Assembly (NCBI RefSeq): GCF_902652985.1 | Contig: NC_047015.1 | Coordinates: forward strand, 5,828,001-5,892,000 | Direction of reading: 5' to 3' | From: Pecten maximus | Lineage: Eukaryota | Length of the DNA: 64,000 nt | In this document: piece after piece, positions 1 to 15,000 of the stretch | How the letters are laid out: each line of letters begins with the position of its first letter | How positions within the stretch are numbered: position 1 is the stretch's first letter | Position numbers and translations under genes: made by a program | The notes under the pieces: model-generated | Seen by the model: the letters and a program-made list of their open reading frames with translations, nothing else | Told to the model about the DNA's origin: nothing | The model's database searches: none

Positions 1-470
1 TTACACGCAGACAACATTCCCCTCTATTTACACGCAGACAACATTCCCCTCTATTGACACGCAGACAACATTCCCCTCTATTGACACGCAGACAACATTC
101 CCCTCTATTTACACGTAGACAACATTCACCTCTATTTACACGTAGACAACATTCCCCTCTATTTACACGTAGACAACATTCCCCTCTATTTACACGTAGA
201 CAACATTCCCCTGTATTTACACGCAGACAACATTCCCCTCTATTGACATGCAGACAACATTCCCCTGTATTTACATGCAGACAACATTCCCTCTATTGAC
301 ACGTAGACAACATTCCCCTCTATTGACACGTAGACAACATTCCCCTCTATTGACACGTAGACAACATTCCCCTCTATTTACACGTAGACAACATTCACCT
401 CTATTTACACGTAGACAACATTCCCCACTATTTACACGCAGACAACATTCCCCTCTATTTACACGTAGAA
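1..470. repeat. 27-bp minisatellite (TTTACACGTAGACAACATTCCCCTCTA)n, intron of gene copy A
   Basis: Tandem units visible directly; a degenerate paralogous array lies at ~49133-49360 in the equivalent intron of copy B. Confidence 0.95.
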
Positions 471-929
471 AAATGTTTTTGCCGAAATGTCACTATGGGA
501 TACAGTACAGATTGTTTGGGACTGTCGAGATATAGTTGACGACGGGAGGCGACCATTTGAGTAAGCAGTGAAGAATGTCCAAAAATCAATACTTAAAGAA
601 TAAAGAATAATTTAACGTATTCAAAAAATAATTGCAATATAACTTGTTGGTATCTTACAATTAATTTAATCAATTATTCAATTTGTTAAAATTCTTTGCG
701 TGTTTTCGGCGGATGGACGCGAATTCTTTCCGATACGTATTTCCTGTTTGTCCGATATGCTCGTGACGTGTAGCACATGTAATGCAGTAAATTTATTTTT
801 TTTTTTTTTTTTTTTGCAAGTTAGATCAAAATTTAGTTTGATAATTTTGCCGTTTTTCAATTCACATCGTTTGTCACTGCATGCCGACACCGTATATTCC
901 TGCTCTTTTGTAGTGTCATTTTTTTCTTT

Positions 930-3900
930 GGGTTTTCGGGTTGTCGCTTTTTTTAGAGAATATCTTATATCTGTACTAAATTACGCATCTTTTGGCTTTT
1001 ATGTAGGAGTGGGATCGATTCTTTCGCTACTTTCACCATGTTGTTGTGACGTGGATTGTGTGTCAGAACAAATGGTATGATGTTTTTCCTCTGTCAATGT
1101 GACGTTAGCCGTTCTTAATTCATCGACTGCTGCAGCTTTGGCTCGTTCAATACCCTTCGTTATGAACATGGAAGGATAATGTTGTTTCACCAAAATGGAT
1201 TTCAGTTCATCAAGCTTCTCTTTCCGATAACTATGTCATTTGCCGGATTTCTGTACAAAGACATCTAGAAAGGCTAATTCCGTGTCGCTGTATTCCATGG
1301 TGAATTGAATAAATGGATTGATGTTATTCAATGTGTTTTCGAAAATGATAAGTCATCTTTCGACTTGGTCCATTTAATGAAACAATCATCCAGATACCTT
1401 TTTAACACGCCCGTATATATTTACTAAACGATTCACAAAAGATTTGCGTGGATTTATTATTTAGTTGTTTTTCCAAATACTCCATCACAAGGTTTGCATA
1501 TGTTGGTCTACTTTCGTTCCCATTGCGGTTCCGAGTATTTGCAAGAAACATTTTCTTCCATCGAAGTAGAATGAATTATTTTGTAGTATGATTTTTAAAG
1601 ATTCGACGATGAAGTCTACGTTGAAGCTGGGGTGTATTGCCTGTGGATGTTTATTTATCCAGAAGCGTATAGCTTCAATGCCAGCTTTATGCGGAATATT
1701 CGTATACAAACTGGTGACATCAAAGCTTACAAGTAGGTCTTCTTCATCCACCTCTGCTGGCAACTGTGTAATAAAGTCTATATCATCCCTTATGTAACTC
1801 GTAATGATTGACAAAACGGAAACTCATATATTGGTCTTAATATCATATCTGTTGGTCTCATGATTTTCACACATTCGGAACTCTGTTTGTTGATAGCCTC
1901 TTGAATCAGTTTGCTTTTATGGATTTTGGGTAAACCGTAAAAGTTGCTGCATTTAACTTCAAATGATGTGAGGTATTCCTTTTCTTTCTGTGTAATCAGC
2001 CCGTGATGTGACGCAGTTTTTTTTTATTTTTGTGATTGTTATTTTGTCAACGTTGGTGGCAGTTTCTGAGTAAAAATTTGGATCGTCAATTGACCAAGAC
2101 CCTTTCCCTTTTAGTACTCAGAGTCCATTATTACCATAGCCCAACCTTTGTCGGATTGTTTAAAGAGGCTTGCCCGCAGAGAGATCAGAAAAATTGACTA
2201 AAAGAAAAAGATTTTTTACACATGACAGATTGTTGGAATTGTTGAGTTTTTCATTTTATTTTCCTTATAAAACGCTGAAAAGTGATATTAAACCTCATTT
2301 TTTAAATATTATTTATTTAATCGCAACCCGCAAATAAGTCCCCGCTATAAAGTGGAGTCTAATTTGATTGACACATCAAAGAAACAAGCACGTGAGTTTT
2401 AAAACGTCTTTTAAATACATATTCTGTAATTGTTTTTAAGAAATAAAGTCGGAAAGCCTCTAATTTTGTCACATAGAAACGTGTACTGAAGTTTATTTAG
2501 TGATCGGAGATGTGCCGTTTACCGGTCCGTCTGCGGGTAAGCTCTTTAATTACTATGGATTTATCTTTTTTTCAACTTATTTATTTCATCGTTTTCAACG
2601 CGTGTTATGTTATATCGAGAGTGATCTGATTTCTATACCAGATCTCATAACGTATCGATATATCAATCCAGATGGACGTCCCTACGTTTTGGCGGTCGGA
2701 AGTAAAGTTTGATTTTTTTCTAACCAGTGAATTAACTTCATTAACTTCTTTATCTTCAAAAAAATCCTTTAGACGTAATTTTCTTCCAAATCTTTTTCTT
2801 TAATATCAACATGCAGTTCTTGTGTGTTTTGGCGTGATGTAGGTGTAAACTTCAAACCGCGTTTTAGGAGAGTTAATTCATGTTGATTAAGATCTTTGCT
2901 CGGTAAATTTATTACGTTTTGATATACTTTTACTCTTTTACTCTTTTACTCTCGGTGGTGTTTCCCCCGTCGTCGGTTTTCCCCGGGATGGATTGGGTTG
3001 GTCCGCTTCTAAAAGTTAATCAGGTGTTCCGATCTATAACCCGGCGTATTAGCAGATGGCTTTTCTCGCGCTGTTTCTTTATTTCACTGCATGTTTTGGT
3101 CCCTCGGTTTGTGGCTGGTTTTGCCTTTTGATGGGTATCCCCCCCCCTTTTTCACCACATCAAAATAACTTTACCATTAGAAGCTTGTATTTTGGTGGTT
3201 GGCGAATTTATTGCCCCTCAATCCGCTTCGCGACCTACTTCATTTAGTGGTATTTCCTCGGTTCTCTTTTAGACATTGATTTGCTTATCGATCTTCGTTT
3301 TTAGGCGGTGTTAGCTTGTCGATTTGCTGATTGGTCCCTACGACGTCTAGCTATATCAGTTTGTGTCCAAGGATTCGTTGTGACGTTGATCACAGGTTCA
3401 CTATCACTTTCCATAGTTTTCGGAATATGAGTCAAGAAAGTTTGCTTTCGATCCCAGATTTTGAAAGATTTTACCTCTTCTGTAGAGACTTCCTTGATCC
3501 ACATTTATTTTAGTTTCTCCGAAATATGTACAGTAGAAATATATCCAACTCTTCATAAGCTTTCTCGTGTCTGATATGTTTTCTTTCGATGATTTTTTTA
3601 TCGGTGAGGAAACTTTGGATGGTAAGCTCGAAACGTAACTTTGTCTCGTCCATTGGTTCACCTTTAATTTCGTTAATCATATCCTTCCTTGCGAGAATTG
3701 GATTTCCAAGTTGTACCCAATTCTTTACGTTTGAGAGTACGTTTTATTTTTGCGAAAGTCCCAAGAAAGCTGTTTCCTCTTGTAAGCTGTTTCCTCTTGT
3801 TTAGTTGTTTTCTCAACAATGGTAGAATTGTTTTTCTTTTTCTTTTTGTGGGTTTAACTGTGGTTTAACGAGTGTTTATAACTCCAGAAAAATCACGTAT

Positions 3901-3970
3901 GTCAGTACTTAACTGTTCCCATAATCTTATAGGGCCTCCGCAGGATCCCGGGGTTTGCTTCCATCTTCAT
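930..3970 (-). mobile_element. Degenerate Penelope-like retroelement (RT relic; GIY-YIG region not seen)
   Basis: Minus-strand fragments: NLPSKDLNQHELTLLKRGLKFTPT (~2900), KKDKSIVIK/QSDKGWAMVIMD (split by MITE), FYGLPKIHK, LVSFDVTSLYTNIP...GTAMGTK (1485-1814), RYLDDCFIKW (~1390), FTMEYSDTELAFLDV, HYPSMFITKGIERAK. Many stops and frameshifts; the 5' limit above ~2950 is less certain. Confidence 0.85.
2164..2545. mobile_element. Non-autonomous DNA transposon (MITE), Kolobok-like, inserted in the Penelope ORF
   Basis: TIRs AGAGGCTTGCCCGCAG / CTGCGGGTAAGCTCT; TTAA at 2160-2163 and 2546-2549; removing it restores the IVIKQSDKG frame. AG...CT termini with a TTAA TSD fit Kolobok. Confidence 0.8.
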
Positions 3971-4039
3971 GCTAAGCGTTGATAACTTGCTGGAGATATC
4001 CTCGAGTAATTTTCCGTTCCTTCCAATATATATTTATGT

Positions 4040-4372
4040 AGTACAGCACCAAATCGCCTAGCCAGAAATACCCACAGCTTATACCACTGCGCCACATCGA
4101 CGTTCTTAAAAAACCCGTTTCAACGGCGCAGTGATGGTCGCCCGATAACTTGACATGATCATTGCGGAAGTCGTTAATAGATTATTTGAATACCTGAATC
4201 GCAATGTATTTACATACATGAATATGAATTGTTCTTCGGATCACCAACACTTCGTCAGTTGTGCTAATATGTTATATATGAAATATTTCGCACAATGTAT
4301 ACTATGCACTATGTGTTGGTAATCCGAAGATAAAGATTTGAACTTCCTCTCGTAGTTGCACTGTGATGAATA
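4040..4372 (-). mobile_element. Truncated copy of the tRNA-containing interspersed repeat
   Basis: Homologous to 38301-38530 and 57224-57600; same ACTGTGATGAATAT end, followed by (TA)n. Confidence 0.65.
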
Positions 4373-4399
4373 TATATATATATATACATATATAGATAA

Positions 4400-5090
4400 A
4401 ACCCGTAAAGTTTAAGTGTTGTGGTTATTCACTGATACCAAAGACCTACTTTACGCCATAATCCGAAACAGAACCAATCTGAAGTTGAACATCGTCTTCT
4501 GGCATAAGTAAGCAACACTAAACTTAGCGGTTATACTTGGAATCTGTTTCGAACGAAATAGCCCTGGAATCGTTGTCGACTAATGTCAAGACGCCTTTCA
4601 TTTAGAATTTAAGAGATGATATTCTTATAAAGATAAAGTAAATCCAATCGATACAAAAATCAGCGTTTCCAGAAAACAATCAAGTCTAATCGGCGTAATA
4701 CCCATTTAACGCTACATCGCCTCTCAACGAAAACAGTTTATGATTACACAGAAGAACGACATTAACTTCATCACACATTATACAATTGTGAACAATTTTA
4801 CGATATCTATACACGTGTGTAAAGTATATAGTAGGGCTTAATTGGTTATAAATCCATTTTTGAGCGTGTCGACAAACGATGATTGGAAGAACTATATTAT
4901 TAACATTTCGTCTGGATAATTCGGGTGTTCTTGAGCTTACTGTCGTCATTCAAAGGATAACTTGGAAATTGCATCAATGAAATAAACTCATGTAAATGTA
5001 AATACAATGTATAAGCATTGAACGGGCTCCATTCCATTAATCTGTCACCAAGTTTGTATCCCTAGCAGTTGTAACAGTTCAATTCTTAAT
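4400..5090. mobile_element. Interspersed repeat, probable non-autonomous transposon
   Basis: Collinear similarity with 42430-43170 (TGTGGTTATTCACTGAT, GAAGTTGAACATCGTC, TTCATTTAGAATTTAAGAG, TAAGCATTGAAC); paralogous copy at ~57630-58290. Confidence 0.6.
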
Positions 5091-5908
5091 AAAATATAGA
5101 GTACATATAGATAATATATGGACAATGTCTTGAAATATAGGCTGTGGGTTGGTGAGGATAAATAAAGACAAAAGTGAAGATACTTGGCGAGCCACTTTTT
5201 CTTTTTCTGTCCTGAGCCAAACATACAGTTTATATTTTGATACACTGACAATGCCTTCTATTTATCTTGCAACATTCATCAAACAAAGGCATTTTAAAGT
5301 GAAATGGTATCAACAATGTTCCAAAGCATGTTCGCCTTTTAAACGTTGTTTCATTTGGAAGTAAGTCAGTGGAATGAACACACGTGCTAAGATTATAAAA
5401 TACAGCTGTTTTCCGTCACTGTCGAATACAGCAAATATATATATGGTGGGTGCGGATGACAGCTGCAGGATAATGATACCCTGTATACACTTCATTACAT
5501 ACAGGATCTTAAATAGATTTTCATTTCCGCGTCAAACCTCGAAAGAACAAAAAATCTTGAAAGAATCGTTTCATAAAGTAAAAATCATATATGATATGGG
5601 AACTTTGAAACACATCTTTTACCACATACTTCAGAAATAGTTCAAAACTCAAACGAGGCAATCATTTTGTTGATTTTAATTCAAATTCAAATTCAATTTA
5701 AATTATATAACCATTTATATAGTATATAATACAAAATACCCTCATTACAATATATTAAAGCCGACAATTGCCCTTTGTTCTACATACAATACATGACCCC
5801 AAATACACTTTATTACAATATTTAGAAATATAACCATCTACATTTTATTTTACAACTTGATACAACATTACCCAATGTAAATAATCTACCCTTATGTTGT
5901 TCCTACAG

Positions 5909-6081
5909 TACAATGTGCGGGGTGTTTGTTGTCCTGATGACGCTATCAACCTTGTTCGATGTTATGTACAATCAGCACCAGAACAAACCTAACGAGACGG
6001 CCCCGCAGGAGAATGGAGTTTCTCCAGAGAGTAAATACCAGGTTAACGGGGACGTGAAACCTACAAAACCGAAACAACCAG
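5909..6081 (+). CDS. Copy A exon (TMCGVFVVLMTLSTLFD...PKQP)
   Basis: cctacag acceptor, G|gtatga donor; near-identical to 59111-59283. Confidence 0.9.
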
Positions 6082-9000
6082 GTATGATGTTCTGATTGTT
6101 GGATCTGTTAAAATCTTTGAAGTAGATGAAATGTATCGGAACTTCACAAAAATTATTTTTGTACTGATTCCCCGTTTTCAGTCTCCGACGTGGTTCATTA
6201 AATGTTTATAAAGACCGGAACATACGCTACATATGTATATCATACAAATACCTGCTCTCCTTTCGGGAATAAATCTATGCTTGGTTTCCAATATGATTTA
6301 GGTGGATTATGACCTCTAAGCAATCAAATCAGAATCATACTAATATAAGAACGCAGAGCCCGAAAAAACATCAATTAGATTATACTAAGGACTGGGATGT
6401 ATTTTACTAAGGACTGGGATACATTATCACTAAGGACTGGGATACATTATCACTAAGGATTGGAAGGTATTTCATTAGGAACTGGGAGGTATTTTAATAA
6501 GGACTGGGATATATTATCACTAAGGACTGGGATACATTATCACTAAGGATTGGAAGGTATTTCATTAGGAACTGGGAGGTATTTTACTAAGGCCTGGGAT
6601 ATATTATCACTAAGGACTGGGATACATTATCACTAAAGACTGGGATACATTATCACTAAGGACTGGGATACATCATCACTAAGGACTGGGATACATTATC
6701 ACTAAGGACTGGGATACATTATCACTAAGGACTGGGAGGTATTTTACTAAGGACTGGGATACATCATCACTAAGGACTGGGATACATTATCACTAAGGAC
6801 TGGGATACATTATCACTAGGGACTGGGATACATTATCACTAAGGCCTGGGATACATTATCACTAAAGACTGGGATACATTATCACAAAGGACTGGGATAC
6901 AGTATCACTAAGGCCTGGGATATATTATCACTAAAGACTGGGATACATTATCACTAAGGACTGGGATACATTATCACTAAGGACTGGGATACAGTATCAC
7001 TAAGGCCTGAGATACATTATCACTAAAGACTGAGATACATTATCACAAAGGACTGGGATATATTATCACTAAGGACTGGGATACATTATCACTAAGGACT
7101 GGGATACATTATCACTAAGGCCTGGGATATATTATCACTAAGGACTGGGATATATTATCACTAAGGACTGGGATACATTATCACTAGGGATTGGGATACA
7201 TTATCACTAAGGACTGGGATACATTATCACTAAGGACTGGGATACATTATCACTAAGGACTGGGATACATTATCACTAAGGACTGGGATACATTATCACT
7301 AAGGACTGGGATAAATTATCACTAACGACTGGGATACATTATCACTAAGAACTGGGATACATTTTCACTAAGGACTGGAATACATTATCACTAAGGCCTG
7401 GGATACATTATCACTAAGGCCTGGGATACATTATCACTAAGGACTGGGATACATTATCACTAAGGCCTGGGATACATCTATCACTAAGACTGGGATAATT
7501 ATCACTAAGGACTGGGATACATTATCACTCAGGCCTGGAGACTATCATAGTATGGATTATTCATAAGGACTGAGAGGTAGTTTACTAGGGCCTGGGATAT
7601 ATTATCACTAAGGACTGGGATACATTATCACTAAGGCCTGGGATACATTATCACTAAAGGACTGGGATATATTATCACTAAGGACTGGGATACATTATCA
7701 CTAAGGACTTGGGATACATTATCACTAGGATTGGGATCATTATCACTAAGGACTGGGATACACTATCACTAAGGCCTGGGATACATTAACACTAAGGACT
7801 GGGATACATCATCACTAAGGACTGGGATACATTATCACTAAGGACTGGGATACATTATCACTAAGGACTGGGATACATTATCACTAAGGACTGGGATACA
7901 TTATCACTAAGGACTGGGCTACATTATCACTAGGGATTGGGATACATTATCACTAAGGCCTGGGATACATTATCACTAGGGATTGGGATACATTATCACT
8001 AAGGACTGGGATACATTATCACTAAGGACTGGGATACATTATCACTAAGGACTGGGATACATTATCACTAGGGACTGGGATACATTATCACTAAGGACTG
8101 GGATACATTATCACTAAAGACTGGGATACATTATCACTAAGGACTGGGATACATTATCACTAAGGACTGGGATACATTATCACTAAGGACTGGGATACAT
8201 TATCACTAAGGACTGGGATACATTATCACTAAGGACTGGGATACATTATCACTAGGGATTGGGATACATTATCACTAAGGACTGGGATATATTATCACTA
8301 AGGCCTGGGATACATTATCACTAAGGACTGGGATACATTATCACTAAGGACTGGGATACATTATCACTAACGACTGGGATACATTATCACTAAGGACTGG
8401 GATAAATTATCACTAACGACTGGGATACATTATCACTAAGGACTGGGATACATTTTCACTAAGGACTGGAATACATTATCACTAAGGACTGGGATACATT
8501 ATCACTAAGGACTGGGATACATTATCACTAAGGACTGGGATACATTATCACTAAGGCCTGGGATACATTATCACTAAGGACTGGGATAAATTATCACTAA
8601 GGACTGGGATACATTATCACTAAGGCCTGGGATACATTATCACTAAGGATTGGGAGGTATTTCACTAGGGACTGAGAGGTATTTTACTAAGGACTGGGAT
8701 ATATTATCACTAAGGACTGGGATACATTATCACTAAGGCCTGGGATACATTACCACAAAGGACTGGGATATATTATCACTAAGGACTGGAATACATTATC
8801 ACTAGGGATTGGGATACATTATCACTAGGGATTGGGATACATTATCACTAAGGACTGGGATACATCATCACTAAGGACTGGGATACATTATCACTAAGGA
8901 CTCGGATACATTATCACTAAGGACTGGGATACATTATCACTAAGGACTGGGATACATTATCACTAAGGACTGGGATACATTATCACTAAGGACTGGGATA

Positions 9001-12000
9001 CATTATCACTAAGGACTGGGATACATTATCACTAAGGACTGGGATACATTATCACTAAGGACTGGGATACATTATCACTAAGGACTGGGATACATTATCA
9101 CTAAGGACTGGGATACATTATCACTAAGGACTGGGATACATTATCACTAAGGACTGGGATACATTATCACTAAGGACTGGGATACATTATCACTAAGGAC
9201 TGGGATACATTATCACTAAGGACTGGGATACATTATCACTAAGGACTGGGATGCATTATCACTAAGGACTGGGATGCATTATCACTAAGGACTGGGAGGT
9301 ATTTCATACATTTGTTATGGGATTGCTTCACATCATTAGATAAAACATCCCCATACAATTCTTAGTTTTGATTGTTCCAGGCATAATGGCGAGGCTTGCC
9401 ATGACATTTTCTGTGTACACTAATGGCCGAAAGTTGATGAGCACAGAACAGGGAGGTGGCACTCTTGGAGCTATCAACGGAATTCGTTTCCTGAGTATTT
9501 CCTGGGTGGTCCTTGGACATTCATTTTCTTCCGGTCTGAATAATCTTCGTAAGTATATAATCAGGAAGCTAAAGCACCAATTAAACTTGAGGGTTGGAGA
9601 GTTCTCTGTGACCTCCTCGAGGTAGGGGGTGATATTATCCCGAGGGTTGGAGAGTTCTCTGTGACCTCCTCGAGGTCGGGGATGATATCATCCCAGTGAT
9701 CGGAGAGTTCTCTGTGACCTCCTCGAGGAAGTTGGCGATATTTTGCTCCCATCATACTATACTATCTATACAGGGTCAATTTGTTTAAAATGTTGCAGTG
9801 ACAAGACATGAATGTATTGTTGACAGCATGTGCTATCATAAGTGGTCAAAAACAAATCACACTGAAGGAGGTGACAAACAAATCACACTCTACAGGGTGA
9901 CAAACAAATCACACACTACAGAGTGACAAACAAATCCCACTCTACAGAGTGACAAACAAATCCCACTCTAGGAGGTGACAAACAAATACTCTAGGAGGTG
10001 ACAAATAAATCACACTCTACAGAGTGACAAACAAATCACAATCTACAGGATGACAAACAAATCACACTCTAGGAGGTGACAAACAAATCACACTCAAGGA
10101 GGTGACAAACAAATCACACTCTACAGAGTGACAAACAAATCACACTCTACAGGATGACACAAATCACACTTTACAGAGTGACAAACAAATCACACTATAT
10201 AGGGTGATACAAATCACACTCTACAGGGTGACAAACAAATCACACACTACAGGGTGACAAACAAATCACACTCTAGGAGGTGACAAACAAATCGCACTCT
10301 AGGAGGTGACAAACAAATCACACTCTAGGAGGTGACAAACAAATCACTCTCTACAGGGTGACAAACAAATAACACTGAAGGGGGTGACAAACAAAATCAC
10401 ACTCTACAGGGTGACAAACAAATCACACTCTAGGAGGTGACAAACAAATCACACTCTACAGAGTGACAAACAAATCACACTCTACAGGATGACAAACAAA
10501 TCACACTCTAGGAGGTGACAAACAAATCACACTCTAGGAGGTGACAAACAAATCACACTCTACAGAGTGACAAACAAATCACACTCTACAGGATGACACA
10601 AATAACACTTTACAGAGTGACAAACAAATCACACTATACAGGGCGATACAAATCACACTCTACAGGGTGACAAACAAATCACACTCTAGGAGGTGACAAA
10701 CAACTCACACTCTAGGAGGTGACAAACAAATCACACTCCACAGAGTGAAAAAAACAAATCACACTCTACAGGGTGACAAACAAATCCCACTCTACAGGGT
10801 GACAAACAAATCCCACTCTACAGAGTGACAAACAAATCCCACTCTAGGAGGTGACAAATAAATCACACTCTAGGAGGTGACAAAAAAATCACACTCTACA
10901 GGGTGGGTGACAAACAAATCACACTTTCGGAGGTGACAAACAAATCACACTCTACAGAGTGACAAACAAATCACACTCTACAGAGCGACAAGCAATTAAC
11001 ACTGAAGGAGGTGACAAACAAATCACACTCTAGGAGGTGACAACAAATCACACTCTAGGAGGTGACAAACAAATCACACTCTATGGGGTTACCAAGCAAG
11101 CAGATCATACTTTTGGGAATGACAGACAAATCAAACCCTACGAGGTGACAGACAAAACACATCCTACGAGGTGACAGACGGCAAAGAAATCTTGAATAGT
11201 TAAAACGGGAGATAAAGTATGTGAGTGAGGACAGATGATATTAAAAAATTAACGATATCTATTTAACTTTTCTGCAGAAAACCCAACTTTTATTCAGAAT
11301 TTTTTGAGTAACTGGACATCTATGCCTATGGTCAATGGTCTTCTGTCTGTGGACTCATTCTTCACACTCAGGTACGTAAAATATAGGCTAATTAGAAATT
11401 CATGTCGGCTTGTTATATCTGTTCCATGAAACCAATTAACATAAAAAAACTCAGCGAGAAATGATACAATGTGGTTTAGTATGTGTTCTGTATGTATAAG
11501 TGTTTACAATGAGAAGTAGGGAAAGTCTGGTTTACAACGAAATGTAAATCTGAAATCAACAACTACATATTCTATACTTGAAAGTAGATTAATTCACCGA
11601 CGTTCTATTGTTAACAGTGGACTTCTGGTGTCCTACCTGTTCATGAAGGAGATGAAAAGAGAGAAGGGGCGTATCAACTGGTTCATGTTCTACTTCCATC
11701 GAATCTGGAGGTAGGTACTATACAGTATACTGAGAACATGTTTGATATTCTATATTACATTTTTAACTAACAGTATATATCATCCGCAAACCGACATTTC
11801 CTGTTTACCCAGACAAATCGTATCTACCCAAAAGAACTGGACAATGATGGAAGCGAATCACATGCCTAGATCAGCCGAGTAGTGGTATACTTGCCGTATA
11901 TCGGGACAAAATGATTATTAGTATTAACTTTGATATAACCCGACAGACAGAGAAAACTTCATTTTATGAGATTAAATCTAATTAAAGCTGACTAGATTAA

Positions 12001-15000
12001 AGCTGACTACTTTTTATATTTTGATATTTACAGGCTAACACCAGCTTACATGTTGGTGCTATTTTTCGATGTTTCACTCTTCCGTTATTTCGGTGACGGA
12101 CCCTTCTGGGCTAAAGAGGGAATTGAGCCCTTTTGTAAAGATACCTGGTGGACAAATATCCTCTATATCAACAATGTCTACAGGAGGAGGGAAATGGTAA
12201 GTTAGCAGCAAACAAAGGGTATGTTGTCGATATCTCTCGTGACTATTCTCTGTACCAAATATAATACTGATAAGTGTAATGCCAGTGATTATTTTTGTTT
12301 TCAGTGTTTCGGTTGGTCGTGGTATCTGGCCAATGACATGCAGTTTTATGTGGTGAGCCCACTCCTTCTGGTGCCCCTTTATTTGTAAGTTCCTCACAAA
12401 TTATGTATATTTGTCGCGTTTTCCTCTTATCTAACTGAAAAAGTTCTGTGTCCAACTACAAATTCTCTCAAATGTTCATATTGAAAAACAGAAACAATTT
12501 TGTCCATCTCACATTTATATGTATCAAAATTGCTATTTAACTAGTATGAAAATCATTACACAAGACCTACTATTTTTAAATGTCACACATGGCCTACCAT
12601 TTATCAATATATCACACTTGACCTACCATTTATCAATATGTCACACTTGACCCACCATCTATTAATATGTCACCCTTGACCTACCATTTATTAATATGTC
12701 ACCCTTGACCCACCATCTATTAATATGTGACATTTGACCTACTATTTATCTATATGTCACACTTGACCTACCATTTATTAATATGTCACCCTTGACCCAC
12801 CATCTATTAATATGTGACATTTGACCTACCGTTTTTTAATATGTTACACTTGACCTACCATTTATTAATATGTCACCCTTGACCAACCATCTAATGATAT
12901 ATCACACATGACCTACCATTTATTAATATGTTACACTTTACCTACCATTTATTAATATGTTATACTTGACCTACCATCTATTAATACATGTATGTCACCC
13001 TTGACCTACCATTTATTAATATGTTACACTTGACCTACCATTTATTAATATGTAATACTTAACACCATTTATTAATATGTTATACTTGACCTACCTCTAT
13101 TAATATGTTACCCTTGACCTACCATTTATTTATATGTCACCCTTGACCCACCATATATTAAACTGTCACCCTTAACTTACAATCTATTAAATTGTCACCT
13201 TTGACCTATCATTTATTAATATGTTACACTTGACCTACCATTAATTAATATGTCGCCCCTGACCAACCATTTGTCAATATATCGCCTTTGACCTACCATT
13301 TATTAATATGTCACCCTTGACCTACCGTTTATTAATATGTCACCCTTGATCCACCATCTATTAATATGTCACCCTTGACCTACCGTTTATTAATATGCTA
13401 TACATGTTACACATGACTTATCATATATTGATATGTCACCCTTGACCTACCATTTATTAATATGTTACACTTGACCCACCATATATTAATACGTCACCCT
13501 TGACCTACCATTAATTAATAGGTCACCCTTGACCCACCATCTATTAATATGGCACCCTTGACCTACCGTTTATTAATATGTCACCCTTGACCAACCATTA
13601 ATTAATATGTCACCCTTGACTTACCATTTATTAATATGTCACCCTTGACCTACCGTTTATTAATATGCTATACATGTTACACATGACTTATCATATATTG
13701 ATATGTCACCCTTGACCTACCATTTATTAATATGTCACACTTGACCCACCATCTATTAATATGTCACCCTTGACCTACCGTTTATTAATATGTCACCCTT
13801 GACCAACCATTAATTAATATGTCACCCTTGACCAACCATTAATTAATATGTCACCCTTGACTTACCATTTATTAATATGTCACCCTTGACCAACCATTTA
13901 TAATTATGTCACCCTTGAACCCCTTTTTCCCTTTATTTTTAAATGTCCCAACTAAAGACCCTTCTATTTGTTTCANNNNNNNNNNNNNNNNNNNNNNNNN
14001 NNNNNNNNNNNNNNNNNNNNNNNNNNNNNNNNNNNNNNNNNNNNNNNNNNNNNNNNNNNNNNNNNNNNNNNNNNNCAAACCGATTCACCAGAAATGTCCC
14101 GTGGACAATGATGGAAGCGAATCACATGCCTAGATCAGCCGAGTAGTGGTATACTTGCCGTATATCGGGACAAAATGATTATTAGTATTAACTTTGATAT
14201 AACCCGCCTGACAGAGAAAACTTCATTTTATGAGATTAAAGCTAACTAGATTAAAGCTGACTACTTTTCATATTTTGGCGTTTACAGGCTAACACCAGCT
14301 TACATGTTGGTGCTATTTTTCGATGTTTCACTCTTCCGTTATTTCGGTGACGGACCCTTCTGGGCTAAAGAGGGAATTGAGCCCTTTTGTAAAGATACCT
14401 GGTGGACAAATCTCCTCTATATCAACAATGTCTACAGGAGGAGGGAAATGGTAAGTAAGCAGCAAACAAAGGTATCTCTCTTGACTATTCTCTGTACCAA
14501 ATATAATACTGATCAGTATAATGCCAGTGATTATTTTTGTTTTCAGTGTTTCACTTTGGCGTGGTATCTGGCCAATGACATGCAGTTTTACGTGGTGAGC
14601 CCACTCCTTCTAGTGCCTCTTTATTTGTAAGTAAATTGTGCATATTTGTCTGTTTTCATGTTTGTTACACTCTTATCTAACTGAAAAAGCTCTGTGTCCA
14701 ACTACAAATTCTCTCAAATGTTCATATTGAAAAACAGAAACAGTTTTGTCCATCTCCCATTTGTATGTATCACAATTGCTATTTAACTAGTATGAAAATC
14801 ATTACACAAGACCTACTATTTTTAAATGTCACGCATGGCCTACCATTGATCAATATATCACACTTGACCTACCATTTAACAATATGTCACACTTGACCCA
14901 CTATCTATTAATACGTCACCCTTGACCTACCATTTATTAATGTGTCGCCCTTGACCCACCATTTCATTTCAAAATATTTTATTAACAATACACATATAAA

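Noticed and set aside
590-925. Possible DNA transposon truncating the Penelope 3' end
   Set aside because: Could not identify matching TIRs or a TSD by eye
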